Origin: Gammaproteobacteria bacterium
GTDB taxonomy: Bacteria; Pseudomonadota; Gammaproteobacteria; UBA5335; SLRW01
Direction of reading: 5' to 3'
DNA: 64,000 nucleotides
Assembly (NCBI GenBank): GCA_035638695.1
Contig: DASQZM010000075.1
Coordinates: 43,003 to 107,002, forward strand
Part shown: one piece after another, positions 42,629 through 51,650 of the stretch
How positions within the stretch are numbered: the first letter of the stretch is position 1
Layout of the letters: every line of letters starts with the position of its first letter
Notes under the pieces: model-generated
What the model saw: the letters and a program-made list of their open reading frames with translations, nothing else
Told to the model about the DNA's origin: nothing
Databases searched by the model: none
Position numbers and translations under genes: made by a program

Positions 42629-43131
42629 GCGTCGTGGCCCGCGAGATCGAACGCAAGTTTCTGGTCGCGGGGGATGGATGGCGCGCGGCGGCGGACGCGT
42701 CGCAGGACATGCGCCAGGGCTACCTCGTGCTCGAGGGGCGCAGCTCGGTGCGGGTACGGGAGGCCGGCGGCGAAGCCTGGCTCAACATCAAGAGCTTTGA
42801 GCTGGGCATCGAACGCCGGGAATTCGAGTACGCTATTCCGGTCGCCGACGCGCGGGAGATGCTGGCGAACCTGTGCCAGGGACCGCTGCTGGAGAAGTGT
42901 CGCCACCGGGTTCCCGTCGGCGGCCATGTCTGGGAGGTGGACGAGTTTTTCGGCGATAACGCCGGCCTGGTGGTAGCGGAGATCGAGCTCGGGCACCCGG
43001 ACGAACCATTTGAGCGACCGTCCTGGGTCGGGCGGGAGGTGAGCCACGAGCCGCGCTACTACAACGTCCGCCTGGTGCGTCACCCGTTCCGGAACTGGAG
43101 CGCTGCCGAGCGGGGCGGGACGGATGAATGA
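42625..43131 (+). CDS. CYTH domain protein (triphosphate tunnel metalloenzyme)
   Basis: EIERKFLV N-terminal ExExK motif and LVVAEIEL near the C-terminus. TTG at 42625 overlaps the rlmD stop; alternative GTG at 42634. Confidence 0.85.
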   Translation: MSVVAREIERKFLVAGDGWRAAADASQDMRQGYLVLEGRSSVRVREAGGEAWLNIKSFELGIERREFEYAIPVADAREMLANLCQGPLLEKCRHRVPVGGHVWEVDEFFGDNAGLVVAEIELGHPDEPFERPSWVGREVSHEPRYYNVRLVRHPFRNWSAAERGGTDE

Positions 43132-43618
43132 GCCGCCGGTGTCGATCCTGGTGAGCCTGGCACGCCAGGAGCTGCAACTGATGGTGGACGGCCGGGGGCG
43201 GTGCAGCTACCCGGTCTCGACCGCCGCCGGCGGGGCAGGGGAGCACAACGGCAGCCTGCAGACGCCCCGCGGATGGCACGTGGTGCGTGCCCGGATCGGG
43301 GAAGGCGCGCCGGTGGGCACGGTCTTCCGCGCGCGGCGCCCGACCGGCGAGATCTACCAGGAGGCGCTCGGCCGACGGCATCCGGGGCGGGACTGGATTC
43401 TCACGCGCATCCTGTGGCTGAGCGGCTGCGAGCCGGGCTTCAACCGCCTCGGCGACGTGGATACGATGCGCCGCTATATCTACATCCACGGAACGCCCGA
43501 CGACACGGTGCTCGGGGTCGCCGGCAGTCACGGCTGCATCCGGATGCGCAATGCCGACATCGTGGCGTTGTTCGATCGGGTGCCGGTCGGTACGCCGGTG
43601 GAAATCCGGGAGGGCTGA
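43124..43618 (+). CDS. L,D-transpeptidase catalytic (YkuD) domain protein without an evident signal peptide
   Basis: YIHGTPDDTVLGVAGSHGCIRM active-site motif. 164 aa. The domain begins at about residue 7. Confidence 0.85.
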   Translation: MNEPPVSILVSLARQELQLMVDGRGRCSYPVSTAAGGAGEHNGSLQTPRGWHVVRARIGEGAPVGTVFRARRPTGEIYQEALGRRHPGRDWILTRILWLSGCEPGFNRLGDVDTMRRYIYIHGTPDDTVLGVAGSHGCIRMRNADIVALFDRVPVGTPVEIREG

Positions 43619-43620
43619 AC

Positions 43621-44646
43621 GTGGCGAGTGCGCAACCCGGTCCCGTGATGCTGGACCTCGCCGGGACCGTGCTCGGGGCCGAGGAACGCGAGATCCTGGC
43701 CCATCCCCGGGTCGGGGGCGTGGTGTTGTTCGGACGCAATTACGCCGGGACCGGGCAACTCACGCGCCTGACTTCGGCCATCCATGCGCTCCGCCCCGGG
43801 CTGGTGGTGGCGGTGGACCAGGAGGGCGGCCGGGTGCAGCGCTTTCGCGACGGCTTCACATCGCTGCCGCAGCCGGCGGCGCTGGGCCGGCTCCACGACC
43901 GTGACCCCGAAGGGGCGCGCGCCGCCGCTTGGCACACGGGTCGACTGATGGCGCGGGAGCTGCGGCGCTGCGGGGTCGATGTCAGCCTGGCGCCGGTGCT
44001 GGACCTCGCCGGGAACCGCGAGGTGATCGGCGACCGAGCGCTGCATGCGGATCCGGAGGTGACGGCCGTCCTGGCCGCGGCCTGGGTTTCGGGCATGGCT
44101 GCCGCGGGGATGGCCGCGGTGGGCAAGCACTTCCCGGGGCATGGGGGGGTCGCGGGCGACTCGCACCGGCTGCTGCCGGTGGACGACCGTTCGCTGGAAC
44201 GGATCCGGGAACGCGACCTGGTGCCCTTCGCGCGCCTCGCCTCCGGCATCAAGGGCCTGATGACCGCGCACGTGCACTATCCGCGCGTGGATGCCCTGCC
44301 GGCGAGCCTCTCGGGCCGCTGGCTGAAGGACGAGCTGCGGGGTCGGCTGGGCTTTGCCGGCGCGGTGCTGTCAGACGATCTTTCCATGGCCGGCGCCGCG
44401 AGCTTCGGGAACATGCTCGAGCGTGCGCGGCTGGCGCTCGAGGCGGGCAGCGACCTGGTACTGGTATGCAACGATCGGGCGGGCGCGATGGCGGTTCTCG
44501 ACGGGTCGATACCCGTGTCTCGGGAGTTGGACCGGCGCATCGCGGCCCTCCGGGGGGGGCGCGGACGCGAGCCCAGCGACGGCTGGGCCGCGGCCGAAGC
44601 CGCGGACCGGCGCGCGATTGCCGGACTGGGGTCGAGCGACGAGTGA
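43621..44646 (+). CDS. nagZ: beta-N-acetylhexosaminidase NagZ
   Basis: GPVMLDL...EREILAHPRVGGVVLFGRNY parallels the E. coli NagZ N-terminus. KHFPGHG motif. GTG at 43621 gives 341 aa, as in E. coli. Confidence 0.93.
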   Translation: MASAQPGPVMLDLAGTVLGAEEREILAHPRVGGVVLFGRNYAGTGQLTRLTSAIHALRPGLVVAVDQEGGRVQRFRDGFTSLPQPAALGRLHDRDPEGARAAAWHTGRLMARELRRCGVDVSLAPVLDLAGNREVIGDRALHADPEVTAVLAAAWVSGMAAAGMAAVGKHFPGHGGVAGDSHRLLPVDDRSLERIRERDLVPFARLASGIKGLMTAHVHYPRVDALPASLSGRWLKDELRGRLGFAGAVLSDDLSMAGAASFGNMLERARLALEAGSDLVLVCNDRAGAMAVLDGSIPVSRELDRRIAALRGGRGREPSDGWAAAEAADRRAIAGLGSSDE

Positions 44647-44653
44647 GGAGCGG

Positions 44654-45232
44654 ATGACGGAACTGGCCAGGCACGTGAACGAGGTCTACGCGCACGCCGA
44701 GCGGCTGTACGGCGAGCCCGAGGTGAGCGAGGCGCTCGCGCGCATGGGCGAAGCGGTCAGCGCCGCACTCGCGGAGCGTAATCCCGTGGTGCTGTGCGTG
44801 ATGCTGGGTGGACTGATCCCCACCGCCGGGCTGGTGCGCCATTTGCATTTCCCGTTCGAGCTGGATTACCTGCACGCAACCCGCTACCGCCGGGGAACCT
44901 CGGGCGGCAGTCTGCAGTGGCGCGCGCGACCGGAGACGCCGCTGGCGGGGCGACAGGTGCTGATAGTGGACGACATCCTCGACGAGGGCCTGACCCTGAG
45001 GGCGCTGCGGGACTGGTGCCAAGGGGAGGGGGCGGTAGCGGTGGAGACGGCGGTGCTGACCCGCAAGCGCCACGGGCGCAACGGTGCTGGCGTGCGGGCG
45101 GACTATGTCGGTCTCGAGGTCCCCGACCGTTACGTATTCGGTTCCGGCATGGACTACCGGGGTTATTTGAGGAACGCACCGGGCATCTTCGCCGTTGTCG
45201 ACGGGGCGGACCGGGACGCACATGGGCGGTGA
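44654..45232 (+). CDS. hpt: hypoxanthine-guanine phosphoribosyltransferase family protein
   Basis: PRPP motif VLIVDDILDEGLTL and LDYLHATRY. Confidence 0.88.
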   Translation: MTELARHVNEVYAHAERLYGEPEVSEALARMGEAVSAALAERNPVVLCVMLGGLIPTAGLVRHLHFPFELDYLHATRYRRGTSGGSLQWRARPETPLAGRQVLIVDDILDEGLTLRALRDWCQGEGAVAVETAVLTRKRHGRNGAGVRADYVGLEVPDRYVFGSGMDYRGYLRNAPGIFAVVDGADRDAHGR

Positions 45233-45992
45233 GGCACGAATCGCGATCCTCGGCGGGACCGGGCTGGGAACGCTAGCGGATCTGGAGGAGCCCGAGCCGC
45301 TCGCGCCGGAAACCCCGTACGGCGCTCCTTCAGCCGGCCTGGTCCGGGGGTGGCTGGCCGGCCGCCCGGTCCTGTTCCTGCCGCGCCACGGCGGCGGCCA
45401 TGCGCTGGCGCCCCACCGCATCAACTACCGGGCGAACCTCTGGGCGTTGCACGAGGCCGGTGCGCGCAGCGTGATCGCCGTCGCCGCGGTCGGCTCGATC
45501 GCCGCGCAGCCGGGGCCGGGCGGGGTCGCGATCCCTGACCAGATCATCGACTACACCTGGGGACGGGCCCACACCTTCGTGGAAGAGGGTGAGGTCCGGC
45601 ACGTGGACTTCACCCGGCCGTATAGCCCCGCCTTGCGGGAGTGTCTGCTGGAGGCGGCCCGTAGCGCGGGCGTGGCGGTCACTGAGGGGGGGGTCTATGG
45701 CGCGACCCAGGGGCCCCGGCTCGAGTCGGCGGCGGAGATCGCCCGGCTGGCCCGCGACGGCTGCACCATGGTCGGCATGACCGGGATGCCCGAGGCGGCG
45801 CTGGCGCGGGAACTGGAGCTCGACTATGCGTGCTGCGCGGTGTGCGTGAACCGCGCGGCCGGGGTCGCGCCGGCCGGCGATATCCACGCGGAAATCGAGC
45901 GGTTCCTGGAACAGGGCATGCAGCGCGCGCGGAACATCATCCGCCACGCCGTGGCGCGGCTTGGGGATACGGGCGACGGACTTCGCTCATGA
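45222..45992 (+). CDS. mtnP: S-methyl-5'-thioadenosine/thioinosine phosphorylase
   Basis: IAILGGTGL, FLPRHG and INYRANLWAL motifs of the MTAP/PNP family. Alternative ATG at 45195. Confidence 0.9.
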   Translation: MGGEARIAILGGTGLGTLADLEEPEPLAPETPYGAPSAGLVRGWLAGRPVLFLPRHGGGHALAPHRINYRANLWALHEAGARSVIAVAAVGSIAAQPGPGGVAIPDQIIDYTWGRAHTFVEEGEVRHVDFTRPYSPALRECLLEAARSAGVAVTEGGVYGATQGPRLESAAEIARLARDGCTMVGMTGMPEAALARELELDYACCAVCVNRAAGVAPAGDIHAEIERFLEQGMQRARNIIRHAVARLGDTGDGLRS

Positions 45993-46889
45993 GCCTCGCG
46001 GCGTGACTAGGGCGAGGATGCCGAAGCGGGGATTGTCCAGGTAGTGCAGCTTGCCGCTGCGCATGCGTCGTTGCTGCCGCATCGGAAAGCGGACGAGGCG
46101 GGGTCCGACGCCCGGCGTCGCGTTCAGCGCTCCGGAACCTTGCTGGGTACTGCCGGAGCCGCCCGGCTGGGCGCCGCCGGCCTGCGGGGCGGCGCTGGTA
46201 CCGGAGCCATCGCCGCCCGGCGAGGATGGCCCGGTTCCGGAGACCACCTGCGAGTAGATCATGTCGACCGTCAGGTGCAGGTAGCGCACGACGCTCAGCT
46301 TGACCGTACCGTCGAGCTGGTACACGGGGCCCGGCGCCGCGGCCGCGTCACTACCGCCGCTGGAGGGCCGGGGCTGCGCCGTGGCGTCGCCGCCGCCCGG
46401 GACCGCGGCGGCTTCCGCCGGCGGCGCGGACCCGGCCGGGGCCGGCGGCTGGATCGTCCGCTTGCCGTGCAGGCGTACCGCCCTGGCGTTCGCCGGTGAG
46501 TAACCGGGCTGCGTCCAGGCGATGTGCAGAATCGGCTGGTAGCGGGAGGAACGCTTCAGGGCTTTCCAAACGCCGTCGAGACGGTCGCCGGAGGAGGGCA
46601 GCCGGGAAAACGGCTGCGGGCGGCCGGCGCTGCGGAACGGCTTGAGGCTGACGGCATTCTGCACGTCGGGCATGGAGGGCCGGGTCGGCCAAAGCTCGTC
46701 GGAGAGCCCCGGCGGCGAGACATTGCGAAACACGATGATCTCGACGTCGTACCAGCGCGGAGCGGATTTCTGCGCGGCGAGCGTGGTCGAGGGGATCGCC
46801 AGGCCGATCAGCACGAGCATCGCCAGCGCCGTGCGGTACGCACCCGGCCGGTCCCTGCTGGATCCGTCGCGGTGAAGCATGGTGCCCAT
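45987..46889 (-). CDS. CsiV-like periplasmic peptidoglycan-binding protein (DUF2803-type)
   Basis: Signal peptide ALAMLVLIGLAIPSTTLAAQ. WYDVEIIVF and ILHIAWTQP motifs recalled for CsiV-family proteins downstream of mfd. Low-complexity Gly/Ser/Pro insert. Confidence 0.72.
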   Translation of the reverse strand: MGTMLHRDGSSRDRPGAYRTALAMLVLIGLAIPSTTLAAQKSAPRWYDVEIIVFRNVSPPGLSDELWPTRPSMPDVQNAVSLKPFRSAGRPQPFSRLPSSGDRLDGVWKALKRSSRYQPILHIAWTQPGYSPANARAVRLHGKRTIQPPAPAGSAPPAEAAAVPGGGDATAQPRPSSGGSDAAAAPGPVYQLDGTVKLSVVRYLHLTVDMIYSQVVSGTGPSSPGGDGSGTSAAPQAGGAQPGGSGSTQQGSGALNATPGVGPRLVRFPMRQQRRMRSGKLHYLDNPRFGILALVTPRGS

Positions 46890-46890
46890 G

Positions 46891-49800
46891 TTACCCACCC
46901 GCGCCGGAAACCGCACTCTCGGCCTCGGCGCTGCGGGTGAGGTGCTCCAGCAGCTCCTCCACGAACCGGAAGCGTTCGCCGGCATCCTCGAGCTCGGCCC
47001 GGAAACGCAACCCGCTCTGGCCGTCCAGCCGGTAGCGCTGCGGGTCGCGCTGGATCAGGTCGATGATCAGGGCGGGATCGATGTCCGGCTTTTCGGTGAA
47101 CGTGATCCGGCCGCCGGCGGGCCCGGCTTCCAGCTTCCGAATACCCAGCGGCGCGGCCTTGAGCTTCAGCGCCGTGAGGCGGAACAGGTTTTTCGCCTGA
47201 GGCGGGAACAGGCCGAAGCGGTCGATCATCTCCACCTGGATCTCCTCCAGCACACCCGTGTCCGGCGCGCTCGCAATGCGCTTGTACAGCATCAGCCTCA
47301 GGTGCACGTCGGGCATGTAGTCCGACGGCAGCAGCGCCGCTACGCGCAGGTCGAGTTCCGGGCCGTGGTCCGGCGCCTCGCCCGCATCGGGCAGCTCACC
47401 GGAGCGGAGCGCGCGCACGGCGCGCTCCAGCAGCTCGCTGTAAAGACTGAAGCCGATCTCCTGGATCTGTCCGCTCTGTTCCTCGCCCAGGAGCTCGCCG
47501 GCGCCGCGGATCTCCAGATCGTGGGTGGCCAGGGTGAAGCCGGCGCCGAGATCCTCGAGCGACTCCACCGCCTCCAGACGCTTGACGGCGTCCGGGGTCA
47601 TCAGCGAACGGGGTGGCACCAGCAGGTAGGCATAGGCACGGTGATGCGAGCGGCCCACGCGCCCGCGCAGCTGGTGCAACTGTGCGAGCCCGAAGCGATC
47701 AGCACGGTTGATCAGCATCGTATTGGCGGTGGGCACGTCGATCCCGCTCTCGATGATCGTGGTGCAAACCAGGATATTGAAGCGGCGGTGATAGAAGTCC
47801 AGCATGACCCGCTCCAGGTCACTCTCGCGCATCTGTCCGTGAGCGACCCGGACGTCGGCTTCCGGAATCAGCTTGCGCAGCCGCTCCGCGGTCCCCTCGA
47901 TGTTCTCCACCTTGTTGTGCAGGAAATAGACCTGCCCGCCGCGCTTGATCTCGCGCAGGCAGGCTTCCTGGATCAGGGCGTCGTCCCACTCGCTGACGAA
48001 GGTCTTGACCGCCAGGCGCTCTGCGGGCGGTGTCGCGATCAGGGAGAGATCACGCAGCCCCGCCAGGCTCATGTTCAGGGTGCGGGGGATGGGTGTCGCG
48101 GTGAGCGTGAGCAGGTCCACCTCGGCGCGCAGCCGTTTCAGGGCCTCCTTGTGGCGCACGCCGAAGCGGTGTTCCTCGTCGACGATCGCCAGGCCGAGGT
48201 TAGCGAAACGCACGTCCTTCTGCAGCAGCTTGTGGGTGCCGATGACGATGTCGATGCTGCCGTCGGCCAGGCCCTCAAGCGTACGCTCTTGCTGACGGCG
48301 CCCGCGCATTCGCGACAGCGACTCGATGCGTACCGGCCAGTCGGCGAAGCGGTCCCGGAAGGTCCGGTAATGCTGCTGCGCGAGCAGGGTCGTAGGCACC
48401 AGCACCGCGACCTGGCAGCCGCTGCTGACAGCCACGAAGGCGGCGCGCATGGCGACCTCGGTCTTGCCGAAGCCGACGTCCCCGCACACCACGCGGTCGG
48501 TGGTGCGGTCGGCGCGCAGGTCGTCGAGCACCTGCGCAATTGCCGTCTCCTGGTCCGGGGTCTCCTCGAACGGAAATCCCGCCGCGAACGCGCGGTAGTC
48601 GGCCTCGATCCAGTGGAACGCGTGGCCGGGACGGGCCGCCCGCCGCGCCTGGATCTCCAGCAGTTCGGCGGCCACGTCGTGAACCTTCTCCGCGGCGCGC
48701 CGCCGGGCCCGGGCCCACTGGTCTCCGCCGAGGCGGTGCAGCGGCGCGCGCTCCGGCGCGGTTCCGGTGTAGCGGCTGATCAGGTGCATCGAGGACACCG
48801 GCACGTAGAGCTTGTCGCCGCCGGCGTATTCCAGCGCCAGGAACTCGGCCTCGGTGTCGTTCACGGTCAGGGTCTGCAGCCCCAGATAGCGACCGACCCC
48901 GTGCTCCTCGTGGACTACCGGAGCACCGACGCTGAGGTCGGCCAGGTCACGAATGATCGTTTCCGGGTCCCGCACAGCCCGGCGCCGCCGCTGGCGCGGG
49001 CGCTCCCCGTACAGCTGCGATTCGGCGATGACCGCGAGCGGCGGTTGCTCGAGCAGCAGACCCTGGTCCAGCGGAGCCACGCAGATGGCACGATCGGGAC
49101 CGCCATCGACGAATGCCTGCCAGGATTCCACCGTGCGCGGCTGGATGTCCTGGTCCGCCAGCATCTGCAGCATCGCCTCGCGGCGCCCGGCCGACTCCAC
49201 CGCGAACAGCACCCGCCCCGGGAACTCACGCAGGAAGCGGTGCAGCTCCGCCGCTGGCTGCCGTGCCCGCGGATTGAGCAGCAGGCTCGGCGGGTGTCCC
49301 GCAGCGAGATTGGCCCCGCTGTCCCCGGGCTGTTCGAACACGTCGGTGAGCACGCGCGGGAATCCACCGAGCCGGTCGCTCACCTGCTCCGGCGGCAGGA
49401 AGACCTCTTCGGGGCGCAGCAGCGGGCGCTCCCGGTTGACCGAGCGCTGTTGGTACCGGTCGTGCGCCTGTTGCCACGCCGACGCGAGGGCCTCCTGGAC
49501 GCTGTTGGTCTCGATCACGAGGGTTTCCGCAGGCAGGTAGTCGGGCAGCGTCGCGGTGCAGTCGAAGAACAGCGGCAGGTAGTACTCGATCCCGCCGGGG
49601 GCAAGACCGTTGCTGACGTCACGGTAGATCAGGCTCTGGCGCGGGTCGCCCTCGAAACGGGCGCGGTGGCGCTGGCGGAATGCCCGGATCGCCGCCTCGT
49701 GCAGCGGGAACTCGCGCCCGGGCAGAAGCCGGATTCGCTCGACCCGCTCCCGGGTGAGCTGGGTCTCGGGGTCGAAGGTCCGGATCGATTCGATCTCGTC

Positions 49801-50364
49801 GTCGAACAGGTCGATCCGGAAGGGTGCCGTGCTGCCCATCGGGAAGACGTCCACGATGGAGCCGCGCACCGCGAACTCACCGTGCTCCATGACCTGCGGC
49901 ACGCTGGCGTAGCCGGCAGCGTCGAGCCGGACGCGCAGGCTTTCGGTTTCCAGCCGGTCGCCCGGCTGCAGCAGGAACACGCCGCCCTCGACATAGCTGC
50001 GCGGGGGCAGTCGCTGGATCAGCGTGTTCGCCGGCACCACGACGATGCCGCGCTCGAGGTCGCCGAGACGGTAGAGCACCTCGAGCCGGCGCGAGACGAT
50101 GTCCTGGTGGGGCGAGAAGACGTCGTAAGGCAGCGTCTCCCAGTCCGGGAAGTGCAGCACCGGCTGGCGGCCACCGCCGTAGAAGCCCAGCTCGCTCTCG
50201 AGGCTGTCGGCACTGCGCGCGTCGGCGCAGACCAGCAGGACCGGTCCCGTGTGACGGGCGGCGGCCTCGGCCACGGCGAGCGCCGTGGCGCCGCCGTGAA
50301 GGCGGCCCCAGCGAAGGATGTCGCCGGCACCGCGGGGTAGGGGCGGTTGCATCAGGGCTTGCAT
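46891..50364 (-). CDS. mfd: transcription-repair coupling factor Mfd
   Basis: 1157 aa. Walker A GDVGFGKTEVAMRAAF, DEEHRFG box, CarD-like and TRG motifs. Confidence 0.97.
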   Translation of the reverse strand: MQALMQPPLPRGAGDILRWGRLHGGATALAVAEAAARHTGPVLLVCADARSADSLESELGFYGGGRQPVLHFPDWETLPYDVFSPHQDIVSRRLEVLYRLGDLERGIVVVPANTLIQRLPPRSYVEGGVFLLQPGDRLETESLRVRLDAAGYASVPQVMEHGEFAVRGSIVDVFPMGSTAPFRIDLFDDEIESIRTFDPETQLTRERVERIRLLPGREFPLHEAAIRAFRQRHRARFEGDPRQSLIYRDVSNGLAPGGIEYYLPLFFDCTATLPDYLPAETLVIETNSVQEALASAWQQAHDRYQQRSVNRERPLLRPEEVFLPPEQVSDRLGGFPRVLTDVFEQPGDSGANLAAGHPPSLLLNPRARQPAAELHRFLREFPGRVLFAVESAGRREAMLQMLADQDIQPRTVESWQAFVDGGPDRAICVAPLDQGLLLEQPPLAVIAESQLYGERPRQRRRRAVRDPETIIRDLADLSVGAPVVHEEHGVGRYLGLQTLTVNDTEAEFLALEYAGGDKLYVPVSSMHLISRYTGTAPERAPLHRLGGDQWARARRRAAEKVHDVAAELLEIQARRAARPGHAFHWIEADYRAFAAGFPFEETPDQETAIAQVLDDLRADRTTDRVVCGDVGFGKTEVAMRAAFVAVSSGCQVAVLVPTTLLAQQHYRTFRDRFADWPVRIESLSRMRGRRQQERTLEGLADGSIDIVIGTHKLLQKDVRFANLGLAIVDEEHRFGVRHKEALKRLRAEVDLLTLTATPIPRTLNMSLAGLRDLSLIATPPAERLAVKTFVSEWDDALIQEACLREIKRGGQVYFLHNKVENIEGTAERLRKLIPEADVRVAHGQMRESDLERVMLDFYHRRFNILVCTTIIESGIDVPTANTMLINRADRFGLAQLHQLRGRVGRSHHRAYAYLLVPPRSLMTPDAVKRLEAVESLEDLGAGFTLATHDLEIRGAGELLGEEQSGQIQEIGFSLYSELLERAVRALRSGELPDAGEAPDHGPELDLRVAALLPSDYMPDVHLRLMLYKRIASAPDTGVLEEIQVEMIDRFGLFPPQAKNLFRLTALKLKAAPLGIRKLEAGPAGGRITFTEKPDIDPALIIDLIQRDPQRYRLDGQSGLRFRAELEDAGERFRFVEELLEHLTRSAEAESAVSGAGG

Positions 50365-50418
50365 GTGTCGTCCGCGTACGTTCGGGCGCCGGAGCGGCCG
50401 CGGCCGCCCCGGTCCGTA

Positions 50419-51546
50419 TCACGCTGTAATGGCTCCGGCGTATCGCCGGGCGAGCTCGGCCCGCCGTTCGTACGCCTGGCGGGCGATGGCGATATCCTCG
50501 AGGAAGTACGGCAGCTCTTCCAGGCGCAGCGCCTGGGCCCCGTCGACGAGCGCCTTCTTCGGGGCTGGATGGAAATCCACCAGCACCATGTTGGCGCCGG
50601 CCACGACGCCCTGTGCAGCGGCGTGCACCAGGTCGGGGATCCCGTCCGGGGCCAGCGCCCGGGTGCCCACCGAGTGCGAAGGATCGATGCATACAGGCAT
50701 GCGGGTCAGGCGCTTGACCACGGGGATGTGGGCGAAGTCCACCAGGTTGCGGTGGGGATCGCCCATGTTGGTCTTCATTCCGCGCAGACCGAAGATCACG
50801 CGACGGTTGCCTTCCGAGGCCAGGTACTCGGCCGCGTTCAGGGACTCGTCCAAAGTGATACCGAAGCCGCGCTTGAACAGCACGGGAAAGCGTGTCTGCC
50901 GTCCGACGGCCTTGAGGAGCTCGAAGTTCTGCGTGTTGCGCGTGCCGATCTGCAGCATCACACCTACGGGGTTTCCGGCCGCCTCGAGGGCGTCGACGAT
51001 CTCGCCAACGTGGGATTCGTGCGTGACCTCCATAGCGATCACCCGCATGTCGTATTCGCCCGCCAGCTCGAAGACCCAGGGCAGGCAGTCGCGTCCGTGT
51101 CCCTGGAACGAGTACGGGCTGGTCCGGGGCTTGTAGGCGCCCATACGGGCACAGACCTGGCCGTTGTCGCGCAACGCCCGGAAGGTCAGTTCCACGTGCT
51201 CGCGAGTGTCGACCGCGCAGAGGCCGGCGAAGACCTGCAGGTTGTCCTGGCTGAAGCGGACACCGTTGTACTCGAACTCGCTGCTGCGGGTACGGTCCTT
51301 GTGCCTGCCCAGGATCCGGTAAGGCTCGGATACGCGGATCACCCGCTCCACGCAGGGCAGGGCGGACATCTCCTCGATGCTGAGCGCGGAGGTGTCGCCG
51401 ACCAGGTAAACCTCCGTGAGCACCTGCTGCTCGCCGGACTCCCGGTGCACCCGTACGCGCACCCCGGGCAGCGCCTCCAGGTTCGTCATCAGGCGCGTGT
51501 AGTCGTCGCCGCGGGGATCGGTGTCCGGCTCCAGGATGAGGATCAT
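50419..51546 (-). CDS. 3-deoxy-7-phosphoheptulonate (DAHP) synthase, type I-beta with N-terminal regulatory domain
   Basis: KDO8PS/DAHPS I-beta core (GAYKPRTSPYSFQG, DPSH). About 90-aa N-terminal ferredoxin-like extension. Start at MILILEPD (ATG 51546). Confidence 0.88.
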   Translation of the reverse strand: MILILEPDTDPRGDDYTRLMTNLEALPGVRVRVHRESGEQQVLTEVYLVGDTSALSIEEMSALPCVERVIRVSEPYRILGRHKDRTRSSEFEYNGVRFSQDNLQVFAGLCAVDTREHVELTFRALRDNGQVCARMGAYKPRTSPYSFQGHGRDCLPWVFELAGEYDMRVIAMEVTHESHVGEIVDALEAAGNPVGVMLQIGTRNTQNFELLKAVGRQTRFPVLFKRGFGITLDESLNAAEYLASEGNRRVIFGLRGMKTNMGDPHRNLVDFAHIPVVKRLTRMPVCIDPSHSVGTRALAPDGIPDLVHAAAQGVVAGANMVLVDFHPAPKKALVDGAQALRLEELPYFLEDIAIARQAYERRAELARRYAGAITA

Positions 51547-51594
51547 GGCGAGGCGGATTCCAGCAAGAGGGCGAGCCGTCGGAAACAGCGCGTT

Positions 51595-51603
51595 ATTATG
51601 CCA
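51595..51603 (-). promoter_or_regulatory. candidate extended -10 promoter element (TGGCATAAT) for the DAHP synthase gene
   Basis: The minus-strand sequence TGGCATAAT (TGn + CATAAT) lies about 49 nt upstream of ATG 51546. By-eye match only. Confidence 0.35.
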
Positions 51604-51650
51604 CACGCGCGGCCCGGGCCACCATCTGCACGCGCAGCTCCGGCCGCCTT

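Noticed and set aside
46879-50340. A 1153-aa stop-free ORF on the + strand spanning almost the whole mfd locus.
   Set aside because: It is exactly antisense to mfd, and mfd has unambiguous helicase and CarD motifs. The antisense product is Arg/Ala/Leu/Gln/His-rich with no motifs. In about 68% GC DNA with GC-rich third positions, the antisense frame rarely contains stops. Such shadow ORFs are a known artefact and have been mis-annotated in the past as NAD-glutamate-dehydrogenase-like.
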